Source: a virus (taxonomy: Duplodnaviria > Caudoviricetes). From it: DNA of 54,274 nt. Numbering within the stretch: the stretch's first letter is position 1; every line of letters starts with the position of its first letter. Of the stretch, positions 38,477 through 46,674 are shown piece after piece. Both the position numbers and the translations under genes were made by a program. Under the pieces are notes generated by a model. It was given only the letters and a program-made list of their open reading frames with translations. It did not search any database and was not told the origin of the DNA. The DNA lies in the IMG/VR virus record IMGVR_UViG_3300050162_000156, positions 1 to 54,274 of that record. The stretch is one strand, 5' to 3'.

Positions 38477-39663
38477 TTACAAATCCTCAAGATGACGGTA
38501 TCTGGACTCAAACAATTTTTTACTTTTGTTTCAACTCCAGTAATTCCACCAAACCACTTATTAGCCTTTACCGTAGTCTGCGCAGCAGTAAATGCTTTGA
38601 GTTGTTCGGCAGGTTTTCTCAATGTCTTCTGGATACTCTTGGATTCATCAAGGTTAAGAATTTTAGAACCCTTCACGTCCAATGTACAGTTTGGAATCGC
38701 GACGAAATGTTGTAGCTTTCTCAGCTTGGTGTTATAGGTCCAGAGTTCAGAGGCTTTGAGAATTTCAACCGGATTGGCTGACTGTAGTTTGAGTGCTTCG
38801 AAACTTCTCAAGTATTTCAACCCAGCAACGATCTTTTCAGGAGCGACAGCTTTCTTTTTCTTGGTGGCCTTGACACGATTTTTGACTACAACCGCGTTTA
38901 CCTCATTGATTGCTCGTTCAATCCATGCGATACAATTCTTGGTCTGTTTGGCTGTCAAATGATGGTAATCTTCCTTATACGGAAGTCGATCCTGAGACAC
39001 TGCCTTGTAGATGTACAACATTGAATTTAGATGCTCAATTACATCCTTGCGTTTGTTCGCGGGAATCTGTTGGATGAGCGCGCCCAATGAATTTGTTTCC
39101 AAGTGGTATCCATCATATAAAAAGTCGGAAAATAATCCGTCAATCTCTGCCTTGATGTAACGCACCTTATTATTCAGTCTATCCTGAATTGTTTCCTTTA
39201 CCGTGTCCTCGGAGACGATTGACTTCTGTTTGGGATTGCGAACACATTTGCGAATGTTCTTAGCTAAGAATTGCTTCTCTTTCTTTCTCAAAAGAAATCC
39301 GTAGTGCATCAGCCGGATGAGTTTCAACGAAGTGAAAGAAAGTTCATATTCGCTTCCGAGAATCTTTTTGTATAGTTGTTCGCCATGCTCAGTTAGATGG
39401 AACGCTTTTAGCGCACATGCACTCAGCGACTTCACATCTTGTGTGAGATTATACCAATTCAGTGCAATCAATAATCGGGAGCAATATGTGTCATAATCCC
39501 ACGCTTTCTGTTCTTCGATTGATGGATAGGCTGGCTCATACATACCAATTTCATTCATGCCATCGCCCTTGAAAATTAGCTGCTTTGGTGCATGATCAAA
39601 CTTGGTAGGTTTGAAAGTACGAATTGCTCTTACTGGAAATCGTTTTGTGTTTTTCTTTACCAT
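38473..39663 (-). CDS. Conserved T4-like phage hypothetical protein (basic)
   Basis: ALNWYN, TIQDRL, WTYNTKLRKL, VKGSKI, KTLRKP motifs. Confidence 0.8.
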   Translation of the reverse strand: MVKKNTKRFPVRAIRTFKPTKFDHAPKQLIFKGDGMNEIGMYEPAYPSIEEQKAWDYDTYCSRLLIALNWYNLTQDVKSLSACALKAFHLTEHGEQLYKKILGSEYELSFTSLKLIRLMHYGFLLRKKEKQFLAKNIRKCVRNPKQKSIVSEDTVKETIQDRLNNKVRYIKAEIDGLFSDFLYDGYHLETNSLGALIQQIPANKRKDVIEHLNSMLYIYKAVSQDRLPYKEDYHHLTAKQTKNCIAWIERAINEVNAVVVKNRVKATKKKKAVAPEKIVAGLKYLRSFEALKLQSANPVEILKASELWTYNTKLRKLQHFVAIPNCTLDVKGSKILNLDESKSIQKTLRKPAEQLKAFTAAQTTVKANKWFGGITGVETKVKNCLSPDTVILRICK

Positions 39664-39666
39664 ATC

Positions 39667-40203
39667 CTACTCCGCTGAGGGAATTCCCAATGTTGCCAAC
39701 ATTTCTTCCAATAGCATCACCTGAACCATACAGTCCTCTAGACCGTCATGATTTGTTGGCGGGGTTGGATAGTTTGTCAGCTTTGCTACTGTCTGAAAGT
39801 CCATACATTGATTGACATTCCATGGACACCGCATATTGTTTTCACGGAGCAAATTTTCCAAAATGGTTAAATGGAAATTTCTATTTGCCCAGACTTCAGT
39901 TGCGCCAAACATGAAGGTACGGAATTCCTGTAATCCGCGCATCAATGGAGTGCGTCCGTTATCGGTGAATAGAGCCTCTTGGACGGCCTCGGGCTGCGAG
40001 GACCACCAGAGTACCGTAGAACCGTCTTCAAAACGATTCTCCTGCCCTTCTAGGGCCAGCAACACATGAAAGGTTGGGGCTTGTGACATGTCAGACATAT
40101 CACCCCGATTAAACGCTACCGCAGAAATACTCAGAACTTTTGCATCTGGAGTACACGCCAGCGTTTCAATGTCTACCATACGACTGTTATATTTGTTAAC
40201 CAT
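39667..40203 (-). CDS. DEDDh 3'-5' exonuclease (DexA/RNase AS-like)
   Basis: MVDIETL, TVLWWSSQ, PW..MDFQT, HDGLEDC. Confidence 0.85.
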   Translation of the reverse strand: MVNKYNSRMVDIETLACTPDAKVLSISAVAFNRGDMSDMSQAPTFHVLLALEGQENRFEDGSTVLWWSSQPEAVQEALFTDNGRTPLMRGLQEFRTFMFGATEVWANRNFHLTILENLLRENNMRCPWNVNQCMDFQTVAKLTNYPTPPTNHDGLEDCMVQVMLLEEMLATLGIPSAE

Positions 40204-40209
40204 AATCTC

Positions 40210-40914
40210 CTAATCGTTTACTTCTACGCCAGTCGGTCCCAACTTTCCACTGACACCGATTTTAGGTAACTCAGTGGTATTGACTGACTCAAAATATTTA
40301 TACATCAAGTGCTCAATGTCTCGATACTTCCCGTGGTTGATCGAAGCAAGGAAATCTTCTATCATGATATTATAGCGAGATAATACAAGTTTCAAGCTGT
40401 TTTTCGGAAAACTCCACAATCTTGTCATATATTGTTTGGCGAGATTACCTGTTAGCATGGGAGGAAACTGCGATTGACACGCTTGCGCAAAATAATACTG
40501 AGTTGGATCAGAAAAATTTGCCAAATTAAACTCATCGGTCAAATAGTATCGCCCGGACAACTTGAATATTCGATCATACGCTGGCAACGGTGATTGCATC
40601 TTTGTAAGCACAGTCTTGAATGCGTACAACTCACTCAAATTTTTAACAATGTCATGATTTGTTTTTGGTTCATTGTAGATGTGCGCAAGGTTGGTATCAC
40701 TTGATAGATCAGCCAACGATGTGCATTTAAGTTCCTTTTGTTGGGCAGGAGTAATGGCGAATCCAACACTACAATTCACCAATAGAACCTCTGCGGTTGG
40801 AACCTTATCATATACACTCTGAATGGTTCGCTTGGTTTGTTCAAACCGCTCCTCGGTGCTGTATACGCCATACTTGGTATTGATTGCCGATGGCACAATG
40901 AATAATGTTTTCAT
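40210..40914 (-). CDS. Putative glycosyltransferase-like protein
   Basis: ERFEQTKRTIQS, RIFKLSGRY, TRLWSF, DIEHLMY; motif-level inference. Confidence 0.5.
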   Translation of the reverse strand: MKTLFIVPSAINTKYGVYSTEERFEQTKRTIQSVYDKVPTAEVLLVNCSVGFAITPAQQKELKCTSLADLSSDTNLAHIYNEPKTNHDIVKNLSELYAFKTVLTKMQSPLPAYDRIFKLSGRYYLTDEFNLANFSDPTQYYFAQACQSQFPPMLTGNLAKQYMTRLWSFPKNSLKLVLSRYNIMIEDFLASINHGKYRDIEHLMYKYFESVNTTELPKIGVSGKLGPTGVEVND

Positions 40915-40915
40915 G

Positions 40916-41746
40916 TCACTCCATGTGGAACAGATACTTATGTTGTGTGGTTAGCTTATTGCGATAATGTGAGTAAATCGTAAGAATTTCCTCGTTACAA
41001 ATCGCGGTCTTCAACACACTCAGGGCTTTAATTTCTAATACGACCTCGGGAGGAAGCGACAGCTTGCTCACTAACTGCTGAGTAGAGTATTCATAATTGA
41101 CCGCCACGATTTGAGGGTGTAGTAGCAGGAACACACTGAACAAACGTTCGACCACAAAAGTGTAATATGGGATGTTCTTGTCGCCTGAATAATCTGCGCT
41201 GGTTTCAAACAATAGTTTTTCATATTCAGGATTTAACTTTGCGTAATCAAGGAAGTTAGTAACGAACGTGATGTACTTACTCCAAAACTTACGATTCCCA
41301 CAAAAATAATTGCAAAATGTAAAGGTGGATCGATCCATGATGTGTGTGGGCGATAGCTCGTAACCCATCAGTACCAAGGTATCCAGCATCAGTTTGGATA
41401 GTCCTTTATGGTACAGTTCTCCATGAAAAATTACATTCGGGAAAATGGCCTCGTTGATCGGTTTAGGATTGATGAAGCACACGTCAGCAAAGGACTCGTT
41501 TCTTTCAACAAACGCTTTGAACTCCTGCGGGGTAATGCCAGCCTTGGTGGAAAATTTAGGACTAATAAAGCCCCAATACGATAGGTCGGACGTGTTGGTT
41601 GCTACGTTGTGCCAGCATTCTGCAAACACTGGATACTCTCTATGTTCTGGATGCGCAGCCGCTCGATTGTCCCAAAGTTCAATTCCCTCGGGTTTTTCTC
41701 TCGACATTTGCTCATCGGTGTGACAAATTTCAAATAATGTAATCAC
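40916..41746 (-). CDS. Putative glycosyltransferase-like protein
   Basis: REY, WGFISPKF, FCNYFCG..FW..Y, FVVERLFS; motif-level inference. Confidence 0.5.
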   Translation of the reverse strand: MITLFEICHTDEQMSREKPEGIELWDNRAAAHPEHREYPVFAECWHNVATNTSDLSYWGFISPKFSTKAGITPQEFKAFVERNESFADVCFINPKPINEAIFPNVIFHGELYHKGLSKLMLDTLVLMGYELSPTHIMDRSTFTFCNYFCGNRKFWSKYITFVTNFLDYAKLNPEYEKLLFETSADYSGDKNIPYYTFVVERLFSVFLLLHPQIVAVNYEYSTQQLVSKLSLPPEVVLEIKALSVLKTAICNEEILTIYSHYRNKLTTQHKYLFHME

Positions 41747-41798
41747 GAAACATTCTCCTATAAGAATACTTCTATTGTAGGAGAAAATAATTCGTAAT

Positions 41799-42050
41799 TC
41801 AATACTGTTCGTCCACTCCCGACAATTGATTTGTCATATTTTCGAGCAAATCAATTGCTGCATCCTTCCATGCGCCCTTGATGGTGTTTCCCATACCAAT
41901 ACAGATTCGACGGGAGGTTAGTGGTCGCCGGAAACCTCTATAATGGGCAGGTTGCTTACCACCAACATAGATGTGCCAGTTCCTTCCCATGGGTCCACGC
42001 GCACAATAAGCCTGTCGTTCAATCGATTTAACCAACTGTGAGTTTGTCAT
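41799..42050 (-). CDS. Small basic hypothetical protein
   Basis: ORF co-oriented with and overlapping the upstream gene; GAGGA RBS. Confidence 0.65.
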   Translation of the reverse strand: MTNSQLVKSIERQAYCARGPMGRNWHIYVGGKQPAHYRGFRRPLTSRRICIGMGNTIKGAWKDAAIDLLENMTNQLSGVDEQY

Positions 42051-42594
42051 GACCAGTCATCCTCTGAATGTTTTCTCCTGCCAATACCATCGCCATGTAT
42101 TCTTCTTCCGATGATTGCCAGAGAAATCCATTGGGTATCTCCCATAGGGTATTGGTACAAATATGTTGGTCCGTGGCGCAACGGGCGAAATAATTCGGAT
42201 CATAAATGAACTGACACTCGCCATCTTTCTCTTGGCGGCGCATCATGGTAATCTCGCCCATTTCATCGGATTTCCATAATGACCAATCTTCAAAATCGGT
42301 ACGGCTCATAGGGTTCACTACCGGGAAGCTCATCACGTCATGAACGAGACATTCTTGCAGTTCTGCTCGGATGATACCAACGGAATCCCCACAATCTACA
42401 ATCAGATTCTCGGTCACTCGGAATTTAAAAGGGGATCGAACCACTTTATTTTTCAAGTCAATGAACACCCCAGCTGGCCGTGCTCTCGCATTCAACAATA
42501 CCAACCACATATATCGCTGGTTGGCCATATCAGAAAACAAAATTCGGACGTATGGAAGAAACTCATCATTGTTTAAGGATGGCAATTTGATCAT
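42028..42594 (-). CDS. Hypothetical protein, leaderless
   Basis: ATG 6 nt after the -10 box; segment PAGVFIDL resembles PVGVSVDI in the neighbour. Confidence 0.75.
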   Translation of the reverse strand: MIKLPSLNNDEFLPYVRILFSDMANQRYMWLVLLNARARPAGVFIDLKNKVVRSPFKFRVTENLIVDCGDSVGIIRAELQECLVHDVMSFPVVNPMSRTDFEDWSLWKSDEMGEITMMRRQEKDGECQFIYDPNYFARCATDQHICTNTLWEIPNGFLWQSSEEEYMAMVLAGENIQRMTGHDKLTVG

Positions 42595-42600
42595 AGGAAA

Positions 42601-42629
42601 ACCATATCACACGAAATAGGTCTTGTCAA
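42601..42629 (-). promoter_or_regulatory. Sigma70-type promoter
   Basis: TTGACA-N17-(TGn)TATGGT. Confidence 0.75.
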
Positions 42630-43267
42630 TCCCGGCAATGTACCAAAATTTTCACTGCACTTAACGGTTTGAGCCTTATTAACAAATCAGGATGCGTTCT
42701 AAGGTACATAAAGTCTTTCACGGTCATTTGAACTATCTTTTTCATGGTAATGCCTTCCAAAAATAGGCAAATTGTGGCAAGTGAATTGGTAGTCATTAAC
42801 TCTACTATACCGCCCACATACACGGTTTTCGCATCAACGCACTCTGTTCTACCTCTGAGCAACACTCTAGTGATATTATGCCAATGAAATCTAATGTCCG
42901 TGATTGATGGGTGATACCACATAGGCAGCATGGGCAAATCGTTTTCATGAACCACTTTCGCACGTGGGTACTCAGATAGGTCGGTGGCCAGCCATACGTC
43001 TACCATATTTGGTAGACGCGAATTACTCGAAAGTTTTAATTCACTTTTGGTTAATTTCATTAACAGATCATGGGGGATTGATTCAATAGTACCAGTGTTA
43101 ATGTCCACTGATACTCCGACAGGCCAAATGGTTCGGTTCTGAATCAATAAATGCCTTTTGTTGTCTCGGTCTGAAAACAACCACCAATATTCTGCAGTTA
43201 TAGACGCATCGGGTGCTGGACTCAGAATTGTGGAGTGGAGTATATGAGCTTGTGATTTTGAATTCAT
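42626..43267 (-). CDS. Hypothetical protein, leaderless
   Basis: 213-aa ORF; ATG 6 nt after the -10 box. Confidence 0.7.
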   Translation of the reverse strand: MNSKSQAHILHSTILSPAPDASITAEYWWLFSDRDNKRHLLIQNRTIWPVGVSVDINTGTIESIPHDLLMKLTKSELKLSSNSRLPNMVDVWLATDLSEYPRAKVVHENDLPMLPMWYHPSITDIRFHWHNITRVLLRGRTECVDAKTVYVGGIVELMTTNSLATICLFLEGITMKKIVQMTVKDFMYLRTHPDLLIRLKPLSAVKILVHCRD

Positions 43268-43273
43268 TTATCT

Positions 43274-43302
43274 ATGATAGCAACGAATCCAATAATTGTC
43301 AA
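43274..43302 (-). promoter_or_regulatory. Sigma70-type promoter
   Basis: TTGACA-N17-(TGn)TATCAT. Confidence 0.8.
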
Positions 43303-43307
43303 CCAAA

Positions 43308-43383
43308 AAAGAAAATCAAAATTTGACGAACATCATATCAATCATGGGTGGTGCAGTGCTAAATTCGTTTTTTGTATTTCTTA
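43308..43383 (-). repeat. 76-bp inverted repeat, right arm
   Basis: 72/76 identical to 15558-15633 in reverse complement. Confidence 0.97.
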
Positions 43384-43394
43384 AAGAGAAAAAG

Positions 43395-43433
43395 CGTCAT
43401 ATTTCTTCTATAGTATTAAGGAAAAACCTGACG
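43395..43433 (+). repeat. 39-bp quasi-palindromic box, copy 3
   Basis: CGTCATATTTCTTCTATAGTATTAAGGAAAAACCTGACG. Confidence 0.95.
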
Positions 43434-43469
43434 CAAGATTATTCATTTATTCATTCATAAAGTGAATAT

Positions 43470-46133
43470 TTATTCATTGGTTTCTCCGTAATCGCTCAAC
43501 ATGCCATAATCACGATGTTCGTCAGGAAAAGAGAAATATTCACTGTATTCATCTTTATTCAGAAATACATTCGATGAATTGGAATTCCAACCCGAAGAAA
43601 TGACAGAAATAGAGACATTGGTGTTAGTGAACGCGCTATTCGATGGATCGGATACCGATATTCCCCCTCCGCTTGTATTGATCAGATTGAGAGTTGTTCC
43701 TGATTGAGTTGCATACAGTTCTTCTATATCCAAACTGTTCACGATATTCGCCATATTACTTGTAGTGTAATCCGAATTTATCGTCAATTGAGTTACCACT
43801 GCGTTAGCAAGGTTGATAGGTAATCCGTTTGCATAGGTAGTAGATGGGTTAGTAGTTGTAATGAATACATTCCCTGAACCTGATAATGGAGACTTCAAAG
43901 TTGTTTGTAACTTAGTCGATACACCGCGATTCCAATCTTTACACACTCCCTTATTCCAGATATATCGATCTGAATATGCTTCAATCTGGTTTAATGGCAT
44001 TGTGTCTTCGAAATATTTTCCAATGAAGTATTGCGCCATCTTTCCATAACCGGGTTTGAAGTACCCGATAGGAATGGCAGGAATATATCCAATGATAGTG
44101 CCATCTGGTTGAGTGTCTGTCATCCATGATGGGAGAGCACTTGTGTTGAAGTCAGATACAGTTTTGAGTAACTGAGTTGTCATGTTATCGAACGAGGGCT
44201 GATCTGATGAATCATTCAGCGAAGTATAATCGGTGGTAGTGAACATATCAAGCGGTTCGATATACACCACTTCGTAATTTTCTGAAGATGACTTTGCCCA
44301 TTTCAGGCCGTTCAATAAAAGTTTCTTGGGATGATGTGCATACGATAGCGCATTTGCAATCTGTTCAGATGTAGTTGGATAAATTCCATAAGCTACCAAC
44401 AGACGCAAGTCTTTAGGAATGCCGAAATAAAAATCTGTTGGACGATAAATCGCATCTTCCGAAAAGAAAGCGTTATTGTGAAGTGCCTTCTTGAAATACT
44501 TCCAATTGTCACTGTCTATGAAAACTTCCAGAGATAGATTTGTTAATGGTTCTTCCGTAGCTGATGACAGAGCCAACGTGAAATCTTTGGTCGATGTGAC
44601 AACCTCATTAGCATAGGAACAGGTCGCTAACACGGTGAAACTATATGACACATTTCCGGCAGGAACAGGTACACCAACAATCTCGCCATTTTCTAAAAGT
44701 TTCAATCCATCGGGTAACGAACCGGAAGATAGTGTATAGACAATTGGATTTGTCGCACGTGGTTTGTCCTTACTGGTAATTTCAACCGATGGGAAATGTG
44801 GAAAGAACTCTCCGGGTGAAATCACTGAGATATTACTGATTCGTCCCTCGTGAATAAACGGAACCGCGACAGGATCAACCGTTTGGCCGGAGTTACCAAA
44901 GCCTACTAACGCATTGTCATAGTATTCCCCAGCATTGATGATGGTAACTTCATCAACTCCGAAGTTCAATTTCAGTAGACTGTTTTTACTATCGGTGTCG
45001 GGATTTTCCCATAGGACCAGCAGCGAATCAGGCAGGATTGAATATTGCTGGGTGTTATTTGCAACAGTGATTCCGGTGATCGCACCCGAGGAATCCACTG
45101 ATGATATTGCAATATTTGCATTGCCAACACAAGCTCCGCCGCTAATCACTTTATAGCTGCCCACATTGAAATTTGAGCCACCATCGATAATCTCTGCTCC
45201 GATAACTTTCAGCGTACAGTTCGCAGTAGCAGGGAGGGTAGATGAATTTCCAAAAGTGGAAACTATGTTTGCCTCAACACATAGAGTCGATGGTCTACTG
45301 GCAACCACCGTTCCAATATTTGAGGATGATGACCATTGGATTGAATCAATGGCAGACGATACCACATCTAAATAAAAATTTGCTGTTGTGTTATAAGAAG
45401 TGCTTACTTCTTTTGCAACATGAACTTCAAAGGATTGCATACCCAATTCAGCTCGATCAACGGTTCCGCTGATCAAACCAGTGCTACTAATGCTTATATT
45501 ACCGGGGATGCTATCTGTGTTACTCAGTGCATAGATCAAAGTGTTATCTTCAAAATCAATGGCGTTAACTTGAAATGCGATTTGATCGCCCGTGGCATAG
45601 ATGATTGAATTTGCATTGGTGATTACTGGATCATGGTAGCATGGACCAGCCGTATAGCTACTATCGCTGCGATACATTGAAAGTAGTGTATCGTCTCCTT
45701 CGGGTGGAAAGTTCAAGAGTATGGTTGTGTTAGATGAGTTACTAAAATTCCAATCTTGTGAAGGGTACAATAGTACGCCATTGTAAAACATTCTCAAAGA
45801 ACTGGTGGGTTTTGGTTCGGATGGAATGAGGTATGTTTCATTGGAGCCATCAATATTTCCAGTAGGCACAACGAACTCATATCCGCCTGTGATCAGCGAG
45901 GTTGAATATTCATAGTATGCTTGTAGTAAATCCGTTGATTCAGGAGCGACTGCAAACACAATTATCTGATTTGCTGCACCAGTGATGTAGTAGTCTTCGC
46001 CCTTAGTCTGCGTCACGCCGTTTTTAGTGATTACAATAGAGTCTGCATTCACGATAGTGTTTGCCAGCGTGAAAGTGCAATTCACTCCATCTAGATCGCC
46101 CTTCGGCGTTTCATTACCTGCATAGTAAATCAT
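43470..46133 (-). CDS. Ig-like (He_PIG-type) virion protein, apparent C-terminal part (887 aa; start revised to MIYYAGNE)
   Basis: GAGG RBS and ATAAATA before ATG 46133; SSGSLPDGLKL..GEIVG, IYRPTDFYFG, LPSWMTDTQ, DRYIW. Confidence 0.78.
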   Translation of the reverse strand: MIYYAGNETPKGDLDGVNCTFTLANTIVNADSIVITKNGVTQTKGEDYYITGAANQIIVFAVAPESTDLLQAYYEYSTSLITGGYEFVVPTGNIDGSNETYLIPSEPKPTSSLRMFYNGVLLYPSQDWNFSNSSNTTILLNFPPEGDDTLLSMYRSDSSYTAGPCYHDPVITNANSIIYATGDQIAFQVNAIDFEDNTLIYALSNTDSIPGNISISSTGLISGTVDRAELGMQSFEVHVAKEVSTSYNTTANFYLDVVSSAIDSIQWSSSSNIGTVVASRPSTLCVEANIVSTFGNSSTLPATANCTLKVIGAEIIDGGSNFNVGSYKVISGGACVGNANIAISSVDSSGAITGITVANNTQQYSILPDSLLVLWENPDTDSKNSLLKLNFGVDEVTIINAGEYYDNALVGFGNSGQTVDPVAVPFIHEGRISNISVISPGEFFPHFPSVEITSKDKPRATNPIVYTLSSGSLPDGLKLLENGEIVGVPVPAGNVSYSFTVLATCSYANEVVTSTKDFTLALSSATEEPLTNLSLEVFIDSDNWKYFKKALHNNAFFSEDAIYRPTDFYFGIPKDLRLLVAYGIYPTTSEQIANALSYAHHPKKLLLNGLKWAKSSSENYEVVYIEPLDMFTTTDYTSLNDSSDQPSFDNMTTQLLKTVSDFNTSALPSWMTDTQPDGTIIGYIPAIPIGYFKPGYGKMAQYFIGKYFEDTMPLNQIEAYSDRYIWNKGVCKDWNRGVSTKLQTTLKSPLSGSGNVFITTTNPSTTYANGLPINLANAVVTQLTINSDYTTSNMANIVNSLDIEELYATQSGTTLNLINTSGGGISVSDPSNSAFTNTNVSISVISSGWNSNSSNVFLNKDEYSEYFSFPDEHRDYGMLSDYGETNE

Positions 46134-46176
46134 AAATAACCTCGATATTGTATTTATGTGAAATGGAGGTTTTGAA

Positions 46177-46323
46177 ATGAGCCAATTCAATGAGTTTCCA
46201 GCAGTTTCGGTCCAAGAGCATTTGAAAATTGAAGTTGAAGAACAGGGAAAGCAAACAAAGGTAGTTGTGAATTCCCGCGTTTCACCCACCCCAAAGGACA
46301 ACAAATGCAATCCCAAGAGATGA
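46177..46323 (+). CDS. 48-aa hypothetical protein (not in ORF track)
   Basis: GGAGG RBS; MSQFNEFPAVSVQEH...; ATGA overlap with the next gene. Confidence 0.6.
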   Translation: MSQFNEFPAVSVQEHLKIEVEEQGKQTKVVVNSRVSPTPKDNKCNPKR

Positions 46324-46670
46324 AAATTTTGCGGGACGGAGTGCGGGAATATCTAGAAACAATCCAAATTGATCCCCTTGCAAAAAACGTAATTATTGAT
46401 TCTTTCGACAAAGCAGACTACGCGGAAGAGGACAACTTAATGATGTGGAATCTCGGTTTTGGAATGCGAGTGGCAAAACGTCAGGTGTTAGAAGTTGTTC
46501 CTGTAGATGTAGTGGTTGATGGTTGGACAACATATTCTGCGTTGCGGTACGTTGCAGAGCAGTTCTGTCGCACCCATTCACATAATAGGAACTGGTTTGA
46601 ATCATGTGCCAACCCGATTTGTGGCGTGACGAGACACCTAATATTGCAGCTTAAAAATCCAGATAAATAG
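46320..46670 (+). CDS. Hypothetical protein (start 46320 or 46305)
   Basis: ORF; Cys/His cluster C.TH.H....C...IC near the C-terminus. Confidence 0.7.
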   Translation: MKILRDGVREYLETIQIDPLAKNVIIDSFDKADYAEEDNLMMWNLGFGMRVAKRQVLEVVPVDVVVDGWTTYSALRYVAEQFCRTHSHNRNWFESCANPICGVTRHLILQLKNPDK

Positions 46671-46674
46671 AGTT

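Noticed and set aside
15558-43383. 28-kb transposon bounded by terminal inverted repeats
   Set aside because: No transposase or integrase; the cargo is core virion and replication genes. Kept as an inversion/origin hypothesis instead
46134-46316. N-terminal 61-aa extension of the 948-aa ORF in the track
   Set aside because: Late motif and RBS point to ATG 46133; the extension is antisense to a plus-strand ORF with its own RBS
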